Below are positions 13,646-22,332 of a DNA stretch of 45,340 nucleotides, piece after piece. The position numbers were made by a program, and so were the translations under genes. The DNA is taken from IMG/VR virus record IMGVR_UViG_3300025889_000015, positions 1-45,340 of that record. The stretch is one strand, 5' to 3'. The notes beneath the pieces are model-generated. The model searched no databases. It was given only the letters and a program-made list of their open reading frames with translations, and was not told the DNA's origin. Within the stretch, counting starts at the first letter, position 1. Each line of letters opens with the position of its first letter. The DNA comes from a virus.

Positions 13646-15214
13646 ATGGCCGCACGTGACGATCGTTTGCTCGAATTCGCAACAGAGCGCCAGGCTCAGT
13701 ATCTGGAAGCCATCTGGCAAGAGGGCAGCATTCGGGCGGCGGCTCGCCAGCTTGGCGTGAACTTCAACGCTGTGCACAAGGGCTATCAGGCTGTGCTGCG
13801 CAAGGCTGGCTCGCCGGCTGAAGTGGTGCCAGTCGAGGCGAACGCGCAGACCTACGTCATAACGTCGGCCGTTAATGCCACGAAGGCACATGCCGGGTTT
13901 CTCCGCACGCTGCAGCTCTATTGCTCCCTGCGTGGCGCCAGGCTGATGGTCATTCCGCTCCGGTACCAGAACCCGACCAACCGCGACGCAAAGCGAGATA
14001 ACGAGTGGTGGGATTCTCGACTGGTGCCTTACCTCGTTAGCGAGCGGACAAAGATCGCCCGCGACCTGATCGTGCTGGCAGACATCAAGACTCAGCCGAC
14101 CGCCGTCAATCCGCTGCAGAAGTGGCAGACGGTGACCGGTACCGCTTCGGCCATCATTGGGCACCCGAAGATCGCACTGAAGACCGTAGCCACGAACCCT
14201 GGTGTGCCGGCCAAGCTGGTGATGAGCACCGGCGCGTGCACCGTCGAGAACTACAGCGACACCAACGCGGGCGCCTCGGGCAAGTTCCATCACACGCTTG
14301 GCGCGGTAGTGGTCGAAGTGGATGGCCCGCGCACGCACATACGCCATATCTGCCCGATGCGTGATGGCAGCTTCATTGACCTGGCCACCAAGTACACCGT
14401 GAAGGGCGCTGAGCCTGCTCCACGTGCTGATGGGCTGACCATGGGCGACATCCATGCAGAGCTGGCTTCTCCGATTGTTACGCAGGCCACCAAGGAGCTT
14501 GCCGAACTGATCCGCCCTAAGGTGCTCGTTCTGCATGACGTGCTGAACTTTGGGTCCGCCAGCCATCACGCGAAGTTCTTCGAGAAGTTTCGCCGGCACG
14601 TGAGCGGTACCAGCGGCGTGCTGCATGAGCTGAAAGTCACCGCCCGCCATATCGACCTACTGTCCGGGCTTGCCGATAAGACGGTGATGGTCAACTCGAA
14701 CCACCACGACCACTTCACGCAATGGCTCGAGAAGGCAGAGCACGCCCTCGACATGGAAAACACTCTGGTCTTTCACGAGACCAAGGCCGCCATGCTCCGG
14801 GCTATTCATGAGGGCAGCTACTGCGACCCGTTCCAATACTGGATGGACAAGCTGATGAAGCACGGCGACCGCCTGCTGTGGCTGAAGCCGGGCGAGTCGT
14901 TCATGCGTCACGGTATAGAGCATGGTTGGCACGGCCACAAAGGGCCTAATGGGGTCCGCGGATCAACCAAGAGTTTCGCCACCATCGGCGCCAAGGTCGT
15001 GAAAGGCCATTCCCACGGCGCAGAGATCATCGACGGGGCGCGCTCAGTCGGTACCAGTTCACTTATGGACATGGGCTACAACACCGACAGCCCGAGCGGA
15101 TGGACCTGGACCCACGACATCACTTACGCCAACGGCAAGCAGACGCTCATTCATTGCGTCGGCGGCCGGTTCTTTCGCAGCGATGCAGCTATGACCAAGG
15201 AGTTCGCAGCATGA
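13646..15214 (+). CDS. Large fusion protein: N-terminal HTH, unknown middle domain and C-terminal calcineurin-like metallophosphoesterase motifs
   Basis: ATG 13646 follows GAGGGGGAG. HTH-like segment is SIRAAARQLGVNFNAVHKGYQAV. The metallophosphoesterase motif series is GDIH, LHDVLN, NSNHHDH, HGWHGH, KGHSHG. Confidence 0.55.
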   Translation: MAARDDRLLEFATERQAQYLEAIWQEGSIRAAARQLGVNFNAVHKGYQAVLRKAGSPAEVVPVEANAQTYVITSAVNATKAHAGFLRTLQLYCSLRGARLMVIPLRYQNPTNRDAKRDNEWWDSRLVPYLVSERTKIARDLIVLADIKTQPTAVNPLQKWQTVTGTASAIIGHPKIALKTVATNPGVPAKLVMSTGACTVENYSDTNAGASGKFHHTLGAVVVEVDGPRTHIRHICPMRDGSFIDLATKYTVKGAEPAPRADGLTMGDIHAELASPIVTQATKELAELIRPKVLVLHDVLNFGSASHHAKFFEKFRRHVSGTSGVLHELKVTARHIDLLSGLADKTVMVNSNHHDHFTQWLEKAEHALDMENTLVFHETKAAMLRAIHEGSYCDPFQYWMDKLMKHGDRLLWLKPGESFMRHGIEHGWHGHKGPNGVRGSTKSFATIGAKVVKGHSHGAEIIDGARSVGTSSLMDMGYNTDSPSGWTWTHDITYANGKQTLIHCVGGRFFRSDAAMTKEFAA

Positions 15215-15753
15215 CCTACCCATCAGTTGTATCAGCAGTAGTCCGGGCTCTGGCTGCGGAGACGATCAACTCGGCTGGTGGCTGTGACTTCCAACCAAAG
15301 GTGCAGGCCGCCCGGGTGCCTGGCGCTATCTGCGGCAAGGAAGAAGCCTTCTTGACCGACTGTTGGGTCCATGGCCGTCTCCACAAGGCGCTGCCGGTTG
15401 GTCTGTGGCTGGCTTTGGTAGCCAAGTACAGCACCCACTTGGAGCGCAAGCATGACGCGATGATGGCGCTGGCTTGTTCGGTGAAGTCGCCAGCACCGGA
15501 GCGGTTCGTCATGGCCGCAACCGCCACATGGGCATTCCCCAAGCTGCCGGGCGTGGAGGGGAAGCGCAGCACGAGTGTTCTGCCTGCCGCATGGTATGAC
15601 ATTAACCGCTGGGACGATGGCGGCAAGCCAGACTCCACGCTATACCGTTGGCGCTCAGCGATCCGCCGGAGCCTAGAAGATCAGGTGAATGAGGCGCTAA
15701 TGCACGCTCAAGAAGTGCTCGATCGTGAAGGCCTGATTCGCTGCGCTGCGTAA
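15211..15753 (+). CDS. Putative late-gene regulator/antiterminator (lambda Q position); function inferred from context only
   Basis: It is the last gene of the early-right operon (ATGA overlap). A TATAAT follows immediately, and the late operon is full of terminators. I recognise no diagnostic Q motif. Confidence 0.3.
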   Translation: MTYPSVVSAVVRALAAETINSAGGCDFQPKVQAARVPGAICGKEEAFLTDCWVHGRLHKALPVGLWLALVAKYSTHLERKHDAMMALACSVKSPAPERFVMAATATWAFPKLPGVEGKRSTSVLPAAWYDINRWDDGGKPDSTLYRWRSAIRRSLEDQVNEALMHAQEVLDREGLIRCAA

Positions 15754-15755
15754 GG

Positions 15756-15761
15756 TATAAT
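15756..15761 (+). promoter_or_regulatory. Candidate late promoter -10 element (TATAAT), PR'-like position
   Basis: gcgtaaggtataatcgcc starts 3 nt after the stop of 15211..15753. The -35 element is poor. Confidence 0.35.
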
Positions 15762-15854
15762 CGCCATGCGTGGCTAGGCTTAGCGGCTGAAAAGGAGTTG
15801 TCTCACTCCCTGCCACGTCCTCACCTGAGACGCATCGAATAGGAGACGTTCGAT

Positions 15855-16379
15855 ATGCTCACTCAAGAGCGACTGAAAGAAGTTCTGCACTACAACAAGC
15901 ACGTTGGCGTTTTCACGTGGCGGGACAAGTCCAATCCCAGGACATACGGCAAAACTGCCGGTGTTGTGAATCGTGGGCGTGGATACATTACGATCGGCAT
16001 CGATTACGAGCACTACACCGCACACCATCTCGTCTGGCTTTGGCATCACGGCTATATGCCTGCAGGACAGATCGACCACATAGATGGTGACCGCTCAAAC
16101 AACCTGCTGAGCAACCTGCGCGAAGTGTCGCAGGAGCAGAACTCAATGAATATGAAGCGCAACGCACTCAACACCAGCGGAGTGAAGGGCGTCCATTGGG
16201 ACAATCAGAGGAAGCGCTGGGTTGCGGTGATAAAGAACAAGGAGCAGTACCTGTTCCGCAAGGCCTTCAAAAATCTTGAGGACGCAGAGCGAGAGATAAA
16301 GGCCGCTCGTGAAGCCTTGCATGGAGAGTTCACGAATCATGGCGTGCATCGGTACGAACTCGAAGAAGCGCTTGACTAG
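15855..16379 (+). CDS. HNH homing-type endonuclease with an AP2 DNA-binding domain
   Basis: HHLVWLWHHGYMPAGQIDHIDGDRSNNLLSNLREVSQEQN (HNH) followed by SGVKGVHWDNQRKRWVAVI (AP2-like). Confidence 0.8.
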   Translation: MLTQERLKEVLHYNKHVGVFTWRDKSNPRTYGKTAGVVNRGRGYITIGIDYEHYTAHHLVWLWHHGYMPAGQIDHIDGDRSNNLLSNLREVSQEQNSMNMKRNALNTSGVKGVHWDNQRKRWVAVIKNKEQYLFRKAFKNLEDAEREIKAAREALHGEFTNHGVHRYELEEALD

Positions 16380-16502
16380 AGTAATAAAGTGATAGAAGAT
16401 ACGGCTATCTTGGTCATTTCACGCGTTGAGATGGACGGGAGCTAAATACTCCGCTCAGAGTACGCAGCAATAGCTTCGGGAATTCTCACCCTGGGGCACC
16501 AG

Positions 16503-16530
16503 AAACCCGGCCTAACCGCTGGGTTTTTTT
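16503..16530 (+). terminator. Intrinsic terminator
   Basis: Hairpin aaacccgg-cctaaccg-ctgggttt followed by ttttttt. Confidence 0.75.
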
Positions 16531-16633
16531 ATGCGCGAACGGTTCGACAAGGGCTCACCTACCCAGCGCACCAATTCAACACATCCGCCATGCCTCTGCC
16601 TGCATGCACAAATCGCGCGGATTTTCATTACAA

Positions 16634-16656
16634 GCCTCGCCTTTGCGGGGCTTTTT
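16634..16656 (+). terminator. Intrinsic-terminator-like hairpin, part of the duplicated 34-nt cassette
   Basis: gcctcgc-cttt-gcggggc followed by ttttt. The twin copy is at 25616..25638. Confidence 0.6.
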
Positions 16657-16673
16657 GCATTCTGGAGTTCCGT

Positions 16674-17417
16674 ATGTACGACCTCCGCCTGGGTGATTGC
16701 CTTGAGGTGATGGCGGAAATTCCAGATGGCAGCGTGGATCTGGTGCTATGCGATCTGCCTTACGGGACAACTCAATGCGCGTGGGATAGCGTTATCCCTT
16801 TCGAGCCGCTGTGGGATGAATATCGCCGCATCGCTAAGCCAGCAGCTCCGATCGTTCTGACCGCCAGCCAACCGTTCACAACCGCGCTGGTTGCTTCAAA
16901 CATGCGCGATTTCAAATACTGCTGGGCGTGGAACAAGGTTCTGCCGCGAGGGCACCTGAACGCCAAGCGCCAGCCTCTTCGCGTATATGAGGACGTGGCT
17001 GTTTTCTATCGCGCACAGCCGACATACAACCCGCAGAAAACTTGCGGCCACAAGCGCAAGGTTGCACACACGAAGTACGAACGCGCAGGAGAAGGTGAAC
17101 AGGTATATGGTGCGGAGAAGCGCGACACGCACTATGACAGCACCGAACGTTATCCAACCAGCATCATCACGGTGAGCAACGCGGCGCAGGGCGGCAAGGT
17201 CCACCCAACCCAAAAGCCCGTCGCCCTGATGGAATACCTGATCCGCACCTACACGAACGAGGGCGAGACAGTCCTCGATAACTGCATGGGATCAGGCACT
17301 ACCGGCGTCGCCTGCGCCAACACAGGCCGCTACTTCATCGGCATCGAGCGCGACCCCGGCTACTTCGAGATCGCCCGTTCGCGTATCGAGCAAGCACATC
17401 AGGCGCACGTCGCCTAA
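16674..17417 (+). CDS. Orphan DNA methyltransferase (beta-class N6A/N4C type, DPPY-like motif)
   Basis: DLVLCDLPYG (motif IV), HPTQKPVALMEYLI, and LDNCMGSGTTG (motif I) near the C-terminus. No cognate restriction gene is nearby. Confidence 0.85.
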   Translation: MYDLRLGDCLEVMAEIPDGSVDLVLCDLPYGTTQCAWDSVIPFEPLWDEYRRIAKPAAPIVLTASQPFTTALVASNMRDFKYCWAWNKVLPRGHLNAKRQPLRVYEDVAVFYRAQPTYNPQKTCGHKRKVAHTKYERAGEGEQVYGAEKRDTHYDSTERYPTSIITVSNAAQGGKVHPTQKPVALMEYLIRTYTNEGETVLDNCMGSGTTGVACANTGRYFIGIERDPGYFEIARSRIEQAHQAHVA

Positions 17418-17524
17418 ACCCTTTCCGGCCCCATGACTTTGACTGCTTCCTAGCTCCGAGCGGATAGCGATAGGCATGTGAGGCCGGACCAAACACCAAC
17501 TGCCCCATGCGGGATAACCGAGAT

Positions 17525-17842
17525 ATGAAGATGCCAGACCGTCCCGAGACATGGGCAGTGGCCCTCGCATGGCTGCAGACAATCGCCCCTAGCCTGTATG
17601 CATTCGCCCTGTCAGTGACCATCGCTGTATTGCGCGTGGTGTATGGCGGCGGCAATAAGCGGCAGATGGTCCTTGAAGGCGCCCTGTGTGGCCTTGCCAC
17701 GCTGACCCTTGTCCCGCTGCTCGAATACTTCGGCCTGCCTCAATCGATGGCCACCTTCGTTGGTGGATCTGTTGGATTCCTCGGCACTGAGAAGCTTCGC
17801 GACCTGGCTATCCGCTGGGGAGAGAAGAAGGCGGCTGTATGA
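17525..17842 (+). CDS. Class I holin, lambda S-like, with an MKM dual-start motif
   Basis: MKMPDRPETWAVALAWLQ... compares with lambda S MKMPEKHDLLAAILAAKEQG. Three hydrophobic segments and a basic C-terminus (RWGEKKAAV). ATGs lie at 17525 and 17531. Confidence 0.75.
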   Translation: MKMPDRPETWAVALAWLQTIAPSLYAFALSVTIAVLRVVYGGGNKRQMVLEGALCGLATLTLVPLLEYFGLPQSMATFVGGSVGFLGTEKLRDLAIRWGEKKAAV

Positions 17843-17955
17843 AGCGCATCGCCTGGCGAGTCGTCATCACCCTCTGCGTACTGAACCTATGCCTGATCGG
17901 CTGGGGAGTGGTTGAGGCTGTGCGGTGGGCTGGGTCGTTGGTTTCGTGTGTGTGA
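17839..17955 (+). CDS. Small membrane peptide (38 aa) coupled to the holin
   Basis: ATGA overlap with the holin stop. Sequence is MKRIAWRVVITLCVLNLCLIGWGVVEAVRWAGSLVSCV. Confidence 0.4.
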   Translation: MKRIAWRVVITLCVLNLCLIGWGVVEAVRWAGSLVSCV

Positions 17956-17976
17956 GAAAACATAGAGGTTCCTGAC

Positions 17977-18633
17977 ATGAGCTTGACCCCGAAACAGGAG
18001 GCGTTCTGTCTGGCCTACCTGGAGACGGGTAATGCCAGCGAAGCCTATAGGCGCTCGTACAGCGCTGAGAACATGAAGCCGGCAAGCATCAACGTCGCAG
18101 CTTGCAAGTTACTGGGCGACCCTAAGGTGGCCCTAAGGCTGAAAGAGTTGAACGCTGCTGCCGTTACGTCGGCTGTGATGACCCGCCAGGAGGCCTTAGA
18201 GAGGCTTTCGACGTTTGCCCGTACCGATCTATCGGATCTGGTGGAGTTCGGCACGTATGAGGTCGGAGAGCAGGATGGGCAGCCGGTTATCCAGGCGGCG
18301 TGGAAGATTCGCGATTCCGTTCTTCAGGACCCGGCGAAGCTGGCAGCCATTGCCGAGCTGAGCGCCACGAAGGACGGAGTGAAGATCAAGACTCACTCGC
18401 CGCTTCACGCTATCCAGCAACTCGCGAAGATGCAGGGGTGGGAGTCGGCAACGAAACATGAGCTGACCGGCAAAGACGGCGGCCCGATCCAGCATCAGGA
18501 CATCAGCGATGACCAGCTGAAAGAAAAGCTCGCCGCGCTGGGCTTTGGCCGTGAGGCAAACCAGCTCGCGGGCAAGGTGGTAGGCAATGTCGAACCTAGC
18601 GATATTCGAGAAGCTGAAGCAGCAACGGATTGA
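17977..18633 (+). CDS. terS: Terminase small subunit (Terminase_2-like)
   Basis: LTPKQEAFCLAYLETGNASEAYRRSYSAENM is the N-terminus typical of this family. Confidence 0.8.
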   Translation: MSLTPKQEAFCLAYLETGNASEAYRRSYSAENMKPASINVAACKLLGDPKVALRLKELNAAAVTSAVMTRQEALERLSTFARTDLSDLVEFGTYEVGEQDGQPVIQAAWKIRDSVLQDPAKLAAIAELSATKDGVKIKTHSPLHAIQQLAKMQGWESATKHELTGKDGGPIQHQDISDDQLKEKLAALGFGREANQLAGKVVGNVEPSDIREAEAATD

Positions 18634-20107
18634 GCAGGCCCGGCAATCGCTGATGCCGTTTGTGCTGTACACCAAGCAGGACTATGAGTCGGGCTGGTTC
18701 AATGAGCTGCTATGCGCCGAGATGGATCAGTTCCTTCTCGACGTAGCGGCCGGCAAGTCACCGCGGCTGATGATCTTCGCTCCGCCTCGTTCGGGCAAGA
18801 GCGAGATCGCCTCGCGACGCTTCCCTGCATACGCACTGGGTCGTTTCCCGAGCTGGAACATCATTGCGTGCTCGTACTCGTCCGACCTTGCTAACCGCAT
18901 GTCGCGCGATACGCAGCGGGTGATAGATCAGCGTGAATATGCAGAGCTGTTCCCTGATACGGCGCTGTCCCAATCCCGCACCGGCTCCAGTGGCGCTATC
19001 CGCACCGCTGAGCTGTGGGAGACGGTCAAGGCTGATGGCGACCTAGCAGGCGGCTCGTATCGTGCTGCAGGCGTAAACGGCGGCATCACCGGCCAGGGCA
19101 TGAACATCGGCATCATCGATGACCCGGCCAAGGACTACAAAACAGCAGCCAGCGCCGCGTATCAAGAAGCGGTGATGGACTGGTACGACACCACATTCTT
19201 TACCCGTCGCGATCCGAAGCTGAACGGCATTGTCATTATCCTGACCCGCTGGCATCAGCTTGACCTTGCCGGGCAGTTGCTTGCTCGCGCAGAGAAAGGA
19301 GGCGAACAGTGGCGTGTCGTTTCCTTCCCAATGGAAGCCGAGAAGACCGAGTTTCACGAACTGAACGGCCAGCGGCTAAAGCTGCGTGAGCCTGGCGACA
19401 TCCTGTTCCCTGAGCGGATGCCGCGTGAGTTCGTGGAGGCGTGCAAGCGCTCCGGCTCGCTGTCGTGGAATGCTCTGTACCAGCAGCGGCCAACGACAAA
19501 AGGCGGCGGCGTCATCAAGTCCGACTGGTTCGGCTATTACCGCGTCCTGCCTCGCATCAAGTGGCGGGCCATCTATGCCGACACGGCGCAGAAAACGGCC
19601 AACCACAACGACTACAGCGTGTTCCAGCTCTGGGGCATGGGTGAGGACGGAAACGCCTACATGCTCGACCAGATCCGCGGCAAGTGGGAAGCCTGGGAGC
19701 TTGAGATTAAGGCGGCGGCGTTCTACCAGAAGCACAAGGCGTATGACCCGAAGCACCCGTCACCGATTCGCTACATGGCAATCGAGGACAAGGCTTCGGG
19801 TACTGGCCTGATCCAGAACATCCGCAAGAAGGCAGGCGCGCCCGTGAAGGCGATCCCGCGCGGCACTGACAAGGTAACGCGCGTGCTGGATGTGCAGGGT
19901 TTCATCGAGTCGGGATATGTCCGGCTCCCTGATCCATCCGCATCGCATTCGCACACAGCCGCCGAGTGGGTTAGCGACTTCATCATGGAGGCTGAGGCCT
20001 TCTCGCTGGAAATGTCGCACGCCCACGACGACCAGATAGACCCGATGTGTGACGCCATCAGCGACATGCTCGGCGGCACGAAATCAACCGGCTTCGATTG
20101 GCTATAG
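18587..20107 (+). CDS. terL: Terminase large subunit
   Basis: Walker A FAPPRSGKSE and Walker B GIIDDP. The C-terminal nuclease region has acidic residues. AAGGTGG lies upstream. Confidence 0.85.
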   Translation: MSNLAIFEKLKQQRIEQARQSLMPFVLYTKQDYESGWFNELLCAEMDQFLLDVAAGKSPRLMIFAPPRSGKSEIASRRFPAYALGRFPSWNIIACSYSSDLANRMSRDTQRVIDQREYAELFPDTALSQSRTGSSGAIRTAELWETVKADGDLAGGSYRAAGVNGGITGQGMNIGIIDDPAKDYKTAASAAYQEAVMDWYDTTFFTRRDPKLNGIVIILTRWHQLDLAGQLLARAEKGGEQWRVVSFPMEAEKTEFHELNGQRLKLREPGDILFPERMPREFVEACKRSGSLSWNALYQQRPTTKGGGVIKSDWFGYYRVLPRIKWRAIYADTAQKTANHNDYSVFQLWGMGEDGNAYMLDQIRGKWEAWELEIKAAAFYQKHKAYDPKHPSPIRYMAIEDKASGTGLIQNIRKKAGAPVKAIPRGTDKVTRVLDVQGFIESGYVRLPDPSASHSHTAAEWVSDFIMEAEAFSLEMSHAHDDQIDPMCDAISDMLGGTKSTGFDWL

Positions 20108-20115
20108 GAATCCCC

Positions 20116-21519
20116 ATGAGCGAAGACACAAAGCCGCGCCTTCGCTACTCCAGCGACGGAACGATGATCGCCAGCAATGACGGCCTGAAGAACGTTATAT
20201 CTGGCATGGGCACCGAGCGGGACCGGCGCACGCATTCGCAGTTCAACTACGGGGCCGGCAACGACATTGCCGAACTCGAAGCGGCGTATGCCACCAACTG
20301 GATTGCCCGTCAGGTTATCGACGCTCCGGTAGACGATGCAACCCGCGAGTGGCGTGTCTTCTCGATTGATGAGGCCGCCGAGATCCGCAAGGCCGAGAAC
20401 GCCATGAACCTGCAGGGCGTCACGCAGGAGGCGTTCAAGTGGGCGGGGCTATACGGCGGCGCGGGTGTGCTGCTCATCACCGACCAGCCGCTCGACAAGC
20501 TGCTGGATCACAAGAAGATCAAGAAGGGCTCACTGAAGCGTTTGCTCGTTCTCGACCGGATGCTTATCACCGGCCAGGACTACAACGTCAGCGATCCGAT
20601 GGCAGCGAACTACATGCTGCCGAACTACTACATCGTCAACGGTGGGCGGCTTCCGATCCACCACAGCCACTTCGTTCGTGCGCCAGGGGCGAAACTGCCG
20701 CTTCGTCTGCGAATGATCAACCAGGGCTGGGATGACTCGCAGCTCCGCCGCTGCATGGAAGACATCAAGGATGCGGTTTCGGCCAAGTCCGGCGTAGCGA
20801 GCCTGATTCAAGAGGCGAACGTCGACATCATCAGCAAGGACGGGTTGAGCGACATCCTGTCCAGTGGTGACATGGATACAGCTGTAGCCTCCCGCTACCA
20901 GATGTTCGGGATGATGAAGTCCATGTTCCGGCTCGGCCTGCTCGACTCCACCGAGGAATATAACCGCCACGCTGCCTCCTTTGGCGGCCTGGGCGAGATC
21001 CTGTCCACGCTGATGGAGTGGGTGTCGGGCGCTGCTGAAATCCCCATGACGCGCCTGTTCGGCGTCCAGTCAAAAGGCATGGGCGATTCTGGCAAAGGCG
21101 ACATGAACAACTACTACAACGCGATCCGTGGCAAGCAGGAGAGCGATTACCGCCAGTTCCTCGAAGCGATCGACAAGGTCCTGATCCCGTCGGCGCTGGG
21201 TTCGATGCCTGATGACTGTGAGTTCGACTGGAATCCGCTGTCGCAGCCGTCCGATACCGAACTGGCTCAGCAGCAGCTGGCCTTTGCACAGTCCGATGAC
21301 ATCCGACTGGCTCAGGGCGTTGTGCGCCGCTCTCAAGTGGCCCGCAAGCTGGCAGAGCAGGGCGTTTATGCCATCGGTGACGACGACATAGACCAGATGG
21401 AAACCGACGAGAAGGCCGAGCGAGATGGAGAAGACTTTATCCCCCTTGCAGGCCTTGGCGGAGGCGAACCAGGCACTGCTGAAGAAGCGGGCAAGGTCAG
21501 CGAAACCGATTCAGCCTAA
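20116..21519 (+). CDS. Portal protein (DUF1073-like)
   Basis: It follows terL and is 467 aa. The N-terminal region GMGTERDRRTHSQF...NWIARQVIDAPVDDATREW is as I recall for this portal family. Confidence 0.7.
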   Translation: MSEDTKPRLRYSSDGTMIASNDGLKNVISGMGTERDRRTHSQFNYGAGNDIAELEAAYATNWIARQVIDAPVDDATREWRVFSIDEAAEIRKAENAMNLQGVTQEAFKWAGLYGGAGVLLITDQPLDKLLDHKKIKKGSLKRLLVLDRMLITGQDYNVSDPMAANYMLPNYYIVNGGRLPIHHSHFVRAPGAKLPLRLRMINQGWDDSQLRRCMEDIKDAVSAKSGVASLIQEANVDIISKDGLSDILSSGDMDTAVASRYQMFGMMKSMFRLGLLDSTEEYNRHAASFGGLGEILSTLMEWVSGAAEIPMTRLFGVQSKGMGDSGKGDMNNYYNAIRGKQESDYRQFLEAIDKVLIPSALGSMPDDCEFDWNPLSQPSDTELAQQQLAFAQSDDIRLAQGVVRRSQVARKLAEQGVYAIGDDDIDQMETDEKAERDGEDFIPLAGLGGGEPGTAEEAGKVSETDSA

Positions 21520-22321
21520 AGACACCGCCGAGCGTTATTACCGGGGGCAACTCCGGGCGCTCGTGCGGGAGATGGCGAAGGCGGTCGATGCAGAGCTCAC
21601 GCCGATCCTGAAAGCTGAGTACACCGCTGATTCACCTCTCGTTGACCGCATCATTGCGGCGCTGAACAGGATGGCGGCTCGCTTCACCGGCACAGTCTAC
21701 GCCAATCAGGCACACCGGCTCGCTCAGTCAACGCTGAGCATGGCCGAGGCCGATAGCACGGCTGCGTTCGTGTCCTCTGTGAATCGCGCCGTTGGCGTCG
21801 ACATGGGGCGGCTCATATCGAGCGAGGGGCTTCAGTCCTACCTTGATATGGCCGTTGCCGAGAACGTCGCGCTGATCAAGTCGCTCGGTTCCGAGTACTT
21901 CAGCAAAATCGAACAGGCTGTCCTGAGCGGAATGCGGGCCGGCGAATCGACTACGGTCATCGCCCGACGTATTCAGGAAGAAACAGGCAGTACCTACAAG
22001 CGCGCCAAACTGATCGCTCGCGACCAAATGGCCAAGGTCAATTCGGATGTTGTGCGCAGACGACAGCAGCAGGCCGGCATCGCCCGGTTCCGCTGGTCGA
22101 CGTCGAAGGATGAGCGCGTGTCCGGCAACCCGGCCGGCAAGTACCCGAACGCCAAGGTGAAGTGCTACCAGATTGCCCGACAAGACATTGGATTTGGGCC
22201 TGGCGTCTACCTGATCGACAAGGGCGCTAAGTACGCCGGCGAAACGGGGCTGTTCCCCGGAAGGGCGCACATAAATTGCCGCTGCGTCGCGGTGAGTCTT
22301 ATCGAAGGCGTCGACTACTAA
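21425..22321 (+). CDS. Head morphogenesis protein (Mu F / SPP1 gp7 family)
   Basis: C-terminal signature is RFRWSTSKDERVS...GRAHINCRCV. Confidence 0.75.
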   Translation: MEKTLSPLQALAEANQALLKKRARSAKPIQPKDTAERYYRGQLRALVREMAKAVDAELTPILKAEYTADSPLVDRIIAALNRMAARFTGTVYANQAHRLAQSTLSMAEADSTAAFVSSVNRAVGVDMGRLISSEGLQSYLDMAVAENVALIKSLGSEYFSKIEQAVLSGMRAGESTTVIARRIQEETGSTYKRAKLIARDQMAKVNSDVVRRRQQQAGIARFRWSTSKDERVSGNPAGKYPNAKVKCYQIARQDIGFGPGVYLIDKGAKYAGETGLFPGRAHINCRCVAVSLIEGVDY

Positions 22322-22332
22322 GGAACCACCGC

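Noticed and set aside
13571-14650. 359-aa minus-strand ORF, and 9501..10205 (234 aa)
   Set aside because: They are antisense to the metallophosphoesterase and primase-helicase genes, whose motifs are clear on the plus strand. Their composition is shadow-ORF-like.
16530-16538. Isolated TATGCGCGA box in the late region as a functional CI site
   Set aside because: A single extra 9-mer occurrence in about 90 kb of two-strand sequence is compatible with chance. No partner half-site is present.
16651-16667. Sigma54 (-24/-12) promoter reading of TTGCAT..TGGAG before late genes
   Set aside because: The element order and spacing are wrong for GG-N10-GC. The TGGAG sits at RBS distance from the ATG, and the upstream part is a hairpin plus T-run.
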